Of a DNA stretch of 64,000 nt, positions 39,161-48,500 are shown in pieces. A program made the position numbers and the translations under genes. The stretch is from a virus. Numbering within the stretch: the stretch's first letter is position 1; every line of letters begins with the position of its first letter. Where the stretch lies: positions 32,001 through 96,000 of the IMG/VR virus record IMGVR_UViG_3300042503_000209. The stretch is one strand, 5' to 3'. Below the pieces are notes generated by a model. That model saw only the letters and a list, made by a program, of their open reading frames with translations. It had not been told where the DNA came from and did not search any database.

Positions 39161-42100
39161 TTATTTTTTGTATTTAAATTTAGGATTATTAGGATTAAAA
39201 GGAGCATACTGATTAGTGTTCCATATACGTCCATACCATGTATCATAATAATCACTATTAGGTACACCCGGTGCTGGGTTATTTATATTTCTATAATACC
39301 AATCTCTACCTTTATTCATTAAAACTCTTCTCTTATTTTCAGGAAGTTTACCAATAGTATTAGCATACTCTTTATCAAAAGAATAAGCTGGATTTTTTCT
39401 ACCAGACCATTTGCCATCAGCATCTAATTTAGATGGATCATATTGTCTGTAATATTCTTGTAAAGCATATGCTCTAGGATCTTTAGTTATTTTATTATTA
39501 GTTTTATCCCAACCAGCATTAAATATAAAATCCATAGCTTCACCAGCTTCCATAGCACTTGCACCTGGCATTATCTTTTTTACTTCTGGATAAACCTTTT
39601 CCATTAACATTTTCATGTAACTAGGATCACTATAATATGGTAAAGGAGAACCGCCAGGACCACCTCTAAGTTCCTCATACTTTAATATATTTCCAGCAAT
39701 GTTTCTTACACTATCAGCTGAAGAAACTTGACCAGCAAACTGCATTTTTTTATGATTGTATGGAATACGTTCACTACTTGTTTTAGTCCTTTTAAATTTA
39801 TCTTTTTCTGCAGAACTCATTTCAGATGATGTCTTAGGTGTCTGAGAGTTTACTCTTTTAGAAGGACGACATGCTGGATAGCCGGCTCTCTTTTCTCCTT
39901 CTTGTCTACCGCACGCTTTACCAGTCTTTACATCTACCCACTTCTCTGCAAACCATCTATCTAAACCACCATGTTGTCCACCACTTTTCATCTTAACAGT
40001 ACCACCACACTTATGACAAGTCATTGGATCATAACCACCATCAGCAGCTTTCCATGACCATCCACAATTAGAACAAGAAACATTCTTGCTTAAAAGTCCA
40101 CCATTCTTAACTTGAGGTATAGCATCAGAAGCATAAGATGTTTTATTCTTTACTACATTATTATGAAGATCTGCAAGCTTTTGAGGATCGTTTCCAATTA
40201 TCTTTAAAATATCATCTAAACTATTCAGACTATTTTCTTTGCTCTTAAAAAGTTCATCACGAAAATTTTTAAAACTTCCCTTATAGTTATTATGATCATT
40301 AATGATCTTTTTCATATCCTCTGCTGTATACTTCTTTTTTGGATCTAGATTATACTGATATCTAAACTCATTAAGACGAGCATTTATTTCAGTTGGAGTA
40401 GAAAGATAATCATATTCATTTCTGGTACTAACATATCTATCAGTTTTAAAATTTTTGTTTTTAGGAATTACTTGTTTAGAAATAAAACTACTAGGAGTAC
40501 TGTATAAATTAGCATCCCAAAACCATCTAGGTTGATCATAAAAAGTATTATCCTCATAATCCATTTTATGAGTAAGTTCATGAATTTGAGTAGGGGCACT
40601 AAAACTTGTTGGATAATCAGTATTAAAGTTTAATGAAGAATCTTTAGGGGTATAAAAAGCCTGAGTATTATATAGATTTTCATTTGTCTCTATATCTTTA
40701 TTAGTGTATGTTTTATATTTTCCTGATAAATTATCTAAAACAGATAATCTGCTATTAGCCCATTCAGTAAACTTAGGATCCTTAGCTCTTTCAGTTAACC
40801 AATACTGCATAAAATTACGCATATCTTTGTAACCTTCTTTTAAAGAACCATCTTCAACTGTTATTCTAGTGTCATGATTATGAGCATACTTTTTCTTATT
40901 AACGTTTTTATTAAGAGCTGCCATAGTTGCCAAGTCAGATCTAGATAGACCACCACCTGACCACCCACCTTTTTGCATCATTGGATATTCATCTACATAA
41001 GATGCACCACCAAAGTTATAATCCTTACCAGGATACATTACTTGTTTCTTACCGTTGTTACCTATTCCTAATACAGGATATGGTACACCTTGCATTGTAA
41101 TATCTGATCCAGGTATACGAGTAACTTTACCAGGGTGAGCCCATTGACCACGAGGATCTAATATAGGTCCACCTTGTTTTTTATAATTTTGCATTCCTGC
41201 ATACACTCCAAATTGACCTACTTCAGCTGGGGGAGCTGAAGGAAAAAATGGAACATTAGGAGCTTGTTGAATAGCTTGTATAGCATCTGTACCACGACCT
41301 GCATAGGGTACTCCCTGTATAACTTTACTAACTGCATCTAATCCAATTTTATGACGGGCTTTCAAACCAACTTTAGATGCATTACTCATCATCTTACCAA
41401 ATTTACCTACCTTTCCTAACAAAGGAAGTGCACCAAATATTTCAAGTTCTGTTTGAGGAGACATTCCAGTTTCTTTGTATGATTTGTAAACATCATCCCA
41501 AGAACTTAGTCCTGTTGGATCAATTATTTCAAATATATTTTCTAAAGTAGAATCAGTTTGACCACCTCGTTGCTTCTTAGCACTACCCTTTTGTTTTTCA
41601 AATTCAGTAATACGAGGTTGTCCAGTAAACGGTTGAATGTTATTTAACAACTCATAATACTCTGCATAAGTAGGATTAGATTTATTCTTATTAATATATT
41701 CTAAACTTTTAACAAAGTTAGGATTTGTAAAGATCTCAGGATACTTAGCTTTAAGTTCATCAAACGCAGTCTTTTGTCCTTCTTTAGCTAAGCCAATATG
41801 TGCAACGTCCCAGTCTTCAAGATGATACATTCCTGTTTTATCAGCAGCACTCCAAAGAACATCTTTATATAACTTTTTATTTACATTAGCATCAATAGGT
41901 TTACCATCTACATATAGAACGTAATCTTTTGCTGCATCAAAATTATGAAGAGATACTGGAGTTTGAGAGTTACCTTTTTTCTGAATCTCAAGTTGTGATT
42001 GTATATCACGTCCACCAGTCTTATCATAAAGACCAGTGTTTTGATAGCCAACACTAACCTTTTTACCAGGATATAATGATTGAAGTTTCTTAGTAGCTTC

Positions 42101-45100
42101 TTGTTCAAACTCTGCAAACTTAGCCAATGGTCTACTAGTTTGTTGACCAGGTAGTAAATAAGCAAAGTTACCACCACCTGTATTTAAATTATCATATGCT
42201 CTTAAATCAGCAGCAGTAAATTTTTGATCTTTTGTACGAAGTCCACGAGAATAAGAACCATTATCTAAACTAACTACAGTTACATATGGATTCTTTCCTT
42301 TAATACGTTTAAACTCTTCTTCAATATTTTTTAAAGATCCACTTACTAAACGAGTCTGTCCATCAGGAGTCTTAAAAATAAAACGTCCACCTGTTGCTAC
42401 ACCAAAAGCTTCATCAGCTTTATCTCCTTTAGGTAGCACTAAATTAAGCTTTCCTTGTACTTGTTTACCTTGGTCATCAAGTACTGTAACAGCTGGTGAA
42501 AAAGCGTTCTTACTAACCTTAGATCCAGCAGCAACTTTTTTAATACTTCCTGATGGTTCTCTAATAAAATCTACTACTCTATTAGAAAATACACGACTTA
42601 CTTGTACATCTTTATTTTCAAAGTCTTTACGTTGACCAACTTGTATTTTACCATCTGGACTATAAGCTAAATATGTAGCGTTAGCTGGATCATCTTTAGC
42701 ACTAGCAAAATATGTTTTAGCATTTTCAAAAGGATGGAATGCTGTAATAGAAGCAGCTTCTGAATCTATAGGGGTAAAGTCTCCTCTGTTACGTACACCA
42801 AAACGTAATGCATCAATATCCATACTTTCTGGTATATGGTATTGACGACCACCAGCATCAGGAATAGTATCTCCTGTAACATACATAGGAGCAAAATCAT
42901 ACTTAGGAACTATGATTCTACTCTTAGGATCGTTAGCCATGTTCTTAATAGCCTGTTGACGGTCTAACCAGTTTTCATACTTTTGAGCCATGTCTGGAGA
43001 AAACAAACCTATTGCTTTTTTAGTAACGTCTCTTGTTATCTCATTAGCTCCTTGTGGAGACATACCCGATGGTCCAAAACTCATGTTGCTAAAATCAAGA
43101 CCACTTTTATTTACAGCTTCTGAATAAGAATCATAAAGATCTGAAAAGAAGTTTGATGTATTATCAATAAATTCTTCATACCAAGGTTTTTCTACTTCAG
43201 TTGTAACCTTCTCAGTTTTTACAGCTGGTTTATTAGCTGGTATATATGGAAGTAAGTTTTTTTGTTGTGGTCTATAGAAAGAATAAAAATTTGGGTTAGT
43301 AAACATATTGTTTTGACCCATTAAATTTTTTACACCAAATCCTGATTCTTGATTCATAGGACTTACTTCTTCTTCAGTATTGTATACCTCAGAAGTAAGC
43401 GGACCCAGTATTGGTTTTCTAGTAGCTGGAACAAAAGGATTGTATTGAGGAAAAGTTAGTGTTGATTTTGGAGTAGCACCAGTTACAGGACGAGTAACTT
43501 CAGGTGTAACTTCAGGTGTTATTTGAGTAGTAGTATTTCGTTTACCAAATCCAAAAGGTAAAGGAATAACCATTTGAGGCTTTAAAGAAAACTTATCATA
43601 CTTAACTTTAGGTTGTAAAGATACATTTATCTTTGGAGGAGTTATTCTCATATCTCCATATTCAGGACTAAACGTATAATAATTACCAGGATTAACAGGT
43701 CGTTGAGCTGGTGGTGGAGCAGCATTTTGAGCAGCAGCTTGTCTTGCAGCTCTAGCTTGGTTCTCCATCTCCATTATTCTTTCTACAGATATTGGAGCCT
43801 GTGTTGGTTGATAACTTTGTTCTAATAAATCATCATTCTCACGAAGTTTATTAAGAAGCTCTGTATTCTTAGCAGCAGAATAATCATAACCTTCTATACC
43901 ATACTTATCAGCAAGTTCTTTTCTAAATGCTTTCTTACCAGAATATCCTCTAGTAGCTAAATAATCTACAATACTTGGTCCTTTATATTCTAAACCTTCT
44001 TGAGCAAACACTCTAAACATATTGTTTTCTCCACCATATCTTTGTTCTTTTTGACCAGCCATATTCATACCAGCATTGTATGCAGCATTAGTTAGAATAA
44101 AAGGTATACGTGGATTTTCATAATTTCTATTACGTCCAAAAAAAGCATTAGTTCTTCTTTTAGCATAGTCACCAACAACACTAGGAATTCTAGATAAAGG
44201 ATTACCTTTTACCATGTAAATACTAGGTTGTTCATAATATGAAGCCCATGCATTATTTCCAATGTTTTCATCTAATATTTTAGTCATAGGAAAGTTTAAA
44301 CCTGTCTTTCTATTAACTTCAATAATAGGTTTATCTAATGTAGGTTTATAATTATTTAAAAACTCTTCAAAAGACTTTTTAGCGTTATAATCTGTCTGAG
44401 CTGCATACGGTAAATCACTTATAATTTGAGAACTTATACCATCTCTTTCTAACTGAGCAGCTTTTTGTAAAGATTGAGGATCACCTAGTTTCTTTAAATA
44501 GTCAACACGATTTTTTAAATTCTCAGCGTAAGTAGCTGCACCAGGTATTGTACTTTCTACGTTTTTTGGTAGGGCGTTACTAACCCTTTTACCCATATTA
44601 CCTGACCAGTTTAATGTTTGAGTTGTACCAGGATTAACTACAGTAAATCCTTTTGGAGATCTAGCAGCTTGTGTCCAAAATAATGGAGCTGAGTTTTTAC
44701 TCATATTTCCATCAAAAGTAAATGCTCCTTTAGGTAGTGAAGCCATTTCTTGAGACATCATTCTAGACACTTCATCCGCAGGTATATTAAAATATGAGTG
44801 ACCATATATATCACCTGGTCTTGTACCACTAAGTTCAAGAGCTCCAGCATTAGCTGCATTTCTTATTCTACCCAAGCCACTAGTCATTCCTGCTGTACCC
44901 TTATATGCTTTAGTAGCTCCTTGTAATCCTTTAGAAACAAAGTTAGCTCCTTGAACACCTTCTGCTACAAAAGGAATAGCTCCTAAACCATGCATTGCTG
45001 TATTTAAAAAATCCATTCCACTTAAACTAAATGGATCAGTTACTCCTTTATATGCTATATTGCCAACACCTTTACCAAACTCTTTTGCTTCATTCATATA

Positions 45101-45514
45101 GAAAAAAGGATTAACCAAATTTGCAGCTAAATCTAAAGAGTTCTTTTTTCCTCTCTCTAAATGATCAGGTATATCTCTTCCTTGAACTTTATAAGCTAAA
45201 GCTGTCATAGGATTAGTAGCAATAGACCAAGCTTTAGAAGCCATGGATTGTGCAGGTTCTGCTTGTCTAATATATCCTTGTCTATCTCTAGCAGCTTGAT
45301 CTGCAGCACGTTTAGCTAAAACTTGTTTAGCTATAGCATCCTTTTGTATTTTTGCTCTAACAACAGCAGGATTAGGTATGTTATCATAGACAGGTCTTTC
45401 GTTAACTGGAACTTTAAACATTACTGTACCAGCCCTCTGCATTTTTGGAAGCCCAGGAAGAATCTTGTGATCTACATCACCTGCATTAATAATATGTTGT
45501 AATAACTTATTCAT
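39161..45514 (-). CDS. multi-module virion polyprotein (2117 aa): cell-wall hydrolase, zincin, Zn-ribbon and basic modules
   Basis: SIVDYL (DUF3597-like), SLHNFDAAKD...WDVAH (M15), HELTH...EINARL zincin, CxxC-CxxC, GH108-like C-terminus; GG linkers. Confidence 0.7.
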   Translation of the reverse strand: MNKLLQHIINAGDVDHKILPGLPKMQRAGTVMFKVPVNERPVYDNIPNPAVVRAKIQKDAIAKQVLAKRAADQAARDRQGYIRQAEPAQSMASKAWSIATNPMTALAYKVQGRDIPDHLERGKKNSLDLAANLVNPFFYMNEAKEFGKGVGNIAYKGVTDPFSLSGMDFLNTAMHGLGAIPFVAEGVQGANFVSKGLQGATKAYKGTAGMTSGLGRIRNAANAGALELSGTRPGDIYGHSYFNIPADEVSRMMSQEMASLPKGAFTFDGNMSKNSAPLFWTQAARSPKGFTVVNPGTTQTLNWSGNMGKRVSNALPKNVESTIPGAATYAENLKNRVDYLKKLGDPQSLQKAAQLERDGISSQIISDLPYAAQTDYNAKKSFEEFLNNYKPTLDKPIIEVNRKTGLNFPMTKILDENIGNNAWASYYEQPSIYMVKGNPLSRIPSVVGDYAKRRTNAFFGRNRNYENPRIPFILTNAAYNAGMNMAGQKEQRYGGENNMFRVFAQEGLEYKGPSIVDYLATRGYSGKKAFRKELADKYGIEGYDYSAAKNTELLNKLRENDDLLEQSYQPTQAPISVERIMEMENQARAARQAAAQNAAPPPAQRPVNPGNYYTFSPEYGDMRITPPKINVSLQPKVKYDKFSLKPQMVIPLPFGFGKRNTTTQITPEVTPEVTRPVTGATPKSTLTFPQYNPFVPATRKPILGPLTSEVYNTEEEVSPMNQESGFGVKNLMGQNNMFTNPNFYSFYRPQQKNLLPYIPANKPAVKTEKVTTEVEKPWYEEFIDNTSNFFSDLYDSYSEAVNKSGLDFSNMSFGPSGMSPQGANEITRDVTKKAIGLFSPDMAQKYENWLDRQQAIKNMANDPKSRIIVPKYDFAPMYVTGDTIPDAGGRQYHIPESMDIDALRFGVRNRGDFTPIDSEAASITAFHPFENAKTYFASAKDDPANATYLAYSPDGKIQVGQRKDFENKDVQVSRVFSNRVVDFIREPSGSIKKVAAGSKVSKNAFSPAVTVLDDQGKQVQGKLNLVLPKGDKADEAFGVATGGRFIFKTPDGQTRLVSGSLKNIEEEFKRIKGKNPYVTVVSLDNGSYSRGLRTKDQKFTAADLRAYDNLNTGGGNFAYLLPGQQTSRPLAKFAEFEQEATKKLQSLYPGKKVSVGYQNTGLYDKTGGRDIQSQLEIQKKGNSQTPVSLHNFDAAKDYVLYVDGKPIDANVNKKLYKDVLWSAADKTGMYHLEDWDVAHIGLAKEGQKTAFDELKAKYPEIFTNPNFVKSLEYINKNKSNPTYAEYYELLNNIQPFTGQPRITEFEKQKGSAKKQRGGQTDSTLENIFEIIDPTGLSSWDDVYKSYKETGMSPQTELEIFGALPLLGKVGKFGKMMSNASKVGLKARHKIGLDAVSKVIQGVPYAGRGTDAIQAIQQAPNVPFFPSAPPAEVGQFGVYAGMQNYKKQGGPILDPRGQWAHPGKVTRIPGSDITMQGVPYPVLGIGNNGKKQVMYPGKDYNFGGASYVDEYPMMQKGGWSGGGLSRSDLATMAALNKNVNKKKYAHNHDTRITVEDGSLKEGYKDMRNFMQYWLTERAKDPKFTEWANSRLSVLDNLSGKYKTYTNKDIETNENLYNTQAFYTPKDSSLNFNTDYPTSFSAPTQIHELTHKMDYEDNTFYDQPRWFWDANLYSTPSSFISKQVIPKNKNFKTDRYVSTRNEYDYLSTPTEINARLNEFRYQYNLDPKKKYTAEDMKKIINDHNNYKGSFKNFRDELFKSKENSLNSLDDILKIIGNDPQKLADLHNNVVKNKTSYASDAIPQVKNGGLLSKNVSCSNCGWSWKAADGGYDPMTCHKCGGTVKMKSGGQHGGLDRWFAEKWVDVKTGKACGRQEGEKRAGYPACRPSKRVNSQTPKTSSEMSSAEKDKFKRTKTSSERIPYNHKKMQFAGQVSSADSVRNIAGNILKYEELRGGPGGSPLPYYSDPSYMKMLMEKVYPEVKKIMPGASAMEAGEAMDFIFNAGWDKTNNKITKDPRAYALQEYYRQYDPSKLDADGKWSGRKNPAYSFDKEYANTIGKLPENKRRVLMNKGRDWYYRNINNPAPGVPNSDYYDTWYGRIWNTNQYAPFNPNNPKFKYKK

Positions 45515-45517
45515 GTC

Positions 45518-48500
45518 TTACCTAAAAGATTGTTGTATTTTCTGATTAGATATCTTAAAGATCATTTTTAAATCATTGCTAGTTAGTTTTCTAAGCAACA
45601 CTTTATTTACATTATGTCTAAACTTCTTACGTTCTAATACAGGTTTCTGATAGTTTACGTAAGCTGGGTTAATTTGAAACTGATAACCATTAGCTCTTGT
45701 ATTAAACATAGGTACATTATTACTAGCAAACTCTCCACGATTTTTAGTTATATCCCAGAACTGATTAAATCTATATTTATTCTCTTCTTTAGAATAATTA
45801 ATCTTTATAGAAGATGTGCCTACTTGAGGATAAGATAGCATATCTACTGGATTAACCTTACTCTTTAAAGTCATCTCTAATAAACCAGATACTTGTTCAG
45901 AGTTATATATAATAGCTTGATCAAAGTTCTCATCTAAGATATGAAATTTATCAGCACATCCATTATGATATTTATAAGTTTCAAGCAAGTATTCTATATT
46001 CCTTACAGTTGTAACTGTCTGACCTGTAGACGATATAAACTCAACCTCAAACGGATAATCTTTATTATAGAAGTTAGCAAACTTATCACAACGCTGATTA
46101 TGCTTCCACACCGTATTAGAATTCACACTTAAGAAATGAGCTCTACCAGGAAGTAAGAATGTAGGAATCCAATCATGGAAAGAAATCCACATCTTGCTTT
46201 TAGGATCATAACTTATAGTCCAAGAAGCTTCTTCAAATGCTTCACTCTTAAATGTGTAATAAGTCTTGGTTCCGTTTATAGTTCTATAAAATCCATTAGA
46301 GTCATATGCTAAGTCAGAAAACTTTGGTTTGTAATCTTTCTTAGTAATATATAAAATCTCGTGTGTATTGTCATAGATCATCTGTACGCCAACACCAGAT
46401 ACTGGATTATCATATAATGGATAATCTGGAAAAGCTTTTAGTAACTCACTAGGTAAATACTTAGCAAACCACCATTTCATTCCATTACGAGATATTTCAT
46501 TTAACCCACCGGCATACTGAAATACTTTACCCTGGTTCTGACTTACCCAGAATACACCATGTGTAGTACCTACAGAACAATATCTACCTTGGTTTGATCC
46601 ATACTCATATGAGTCATCAGCATTTACTAAGTTCTGGAAAGGTTGACTAAACAATCCGCCATCACCAATAGTAATCTTAGTACCTGCATCTGTCTGTAAC
46701 TGATCTACTCCCATAAACTGTATAGGACTTTGATCAGCTAACATGAACAACGCACCGTTTTTATTAACAGACTTAATATTAGATATTCTAGAGCTAAAGT
46801 CTTTATAGTTATTAGCTAAGAATACTCTCCAGTTATCTTTGCTAATCTCATCCTGTTGAGGAAGAGAATAGATTGCACGGTTAGGTCTATATGTATAGCA
46901 TGTAGAGTAAGTCTCAGGATCATAGTTCCTAGGAAGTACGTTACCCCATGAAATAAAATTACTGTATAGTTTAGATACACTTAAAGAGTAATCATACTTG
47001 TAATAGTTACCGCTTCTAATAATATCACTTCTAAACATCAAGCTTAGATCAGTAAATGAACTGCTATCATAGTGACGCTTAGATGTTTCGTCTTCCCAAT
47101 CACGGTAAGCTAAGTTAATCTCAGACTCAACAAAAAACTCTCTTACACCAGAGTTAAACAAGTAAATATATCCTTGGTGGATATAAAAGAATCTACTTAC
47201 ACTTTTATCTAGGTGATGATGTTCTTTAGCTGAACTCTGTAAAAGTTTATATTCTGCTTCAGCAGTATTCATCCAATATCTTGGATAAGGTACATTTATA
47301 TAGTTTCTATAGTCATAAGCAGTTTCATCTGGGAAGTCAATCATCCAGTCATTAAAGAATGGCATAGTGTTCTTCTCAGTAAACTTATTGATGTATACAT
47401 CACCTCCAAATAAAATATCAGAAGTAAACTTAACTCCTGTTGCACCATTAGTCTTTCCAACACAGGTAGAAACTGGTACTTGTTTAATAGACTCTAACTG
47501 ACCATACTGTGCTGGTAAAGGAATTTTAATAGCACCATAGTGACATGATATATTTCTTTGAAATCCTTTTCTAGGTTCTACACCAGCATCACTAATAAGC
47601 ACTCTACTATTATCAACATTCCTAGGGTTTGCAAAAGTCTTTCCAGATGGAAGTTTAATAACTACAAAGTTTCCTCTGTATAAGTTATTGATTCTAAATC
47701 CATTATTAAAACCTTGAACGTTTCCTCCTACATATAAACTATCATCAATTTTTCTTCTTCTGTTACCAGTTTGTGACTGAGTAAACTTATTAAAAAATCC
47801 ATGAGAGTTATATTGTAAAGCATACTGACGTCTAGGAATTAAACCATAAACTAAAATTTGTATCTGAGCACTAGTAGTTTCAGTATGTATGTATTTTACT
47901 ACAACTAGTTGAGCTGCATAACTAAATTGATTAATACCATAAGCTATATTATCAACTAAACCTGATACTAATGATCCTGCACCAGGAGCAATTAGATTTG
48001 TTATACCTCCAAGAACCGATCCTAATACTGTTTTCTTTGGTTCAGGTTTTACAGGAGTAACATTAAGTTTAACAGGAAGTTTATCATTACCTGTAAATTC
48101 TACAGCACCTGGAGGTAATTCACTAGATATACTATTAATAATTCTAACTATTTGTAAAGCTTTATTTATGAATTCTATATCTTTACCAATAAACTTATTT
48201 TTAGGATGTCTCCAAGGATGCTCAAAAGCTCCTTGAGATTTACCATAAACTTCACCATACAGTTTTACTTCCTGTACAGATAAAAATGGTTTAGTAAACG
48301 TTGTATCAGGACTATGAAAAGAAAATATATCTTTTCTATAATCTCTTAAAGGATCTTTCTTACGATTAGTAAATGAACCGTCATTAATGATCTCTTCATT
48401 AGAAGTTAAATAGTAGTCATCTGATAAGTCATTATACGGATAGTTCTGGAACAATCCTTGAACACCTACTGTACCCTCTTGAATTGTATACTCACGCATA

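Noticed and set aside
33945-45514. GG linkers as DNA-level repeats, CRISPR-like array or DGR target
   Set aside because: Codons vary between copies, spacing is irregular, and no reverse transcriptase or cas gene is present
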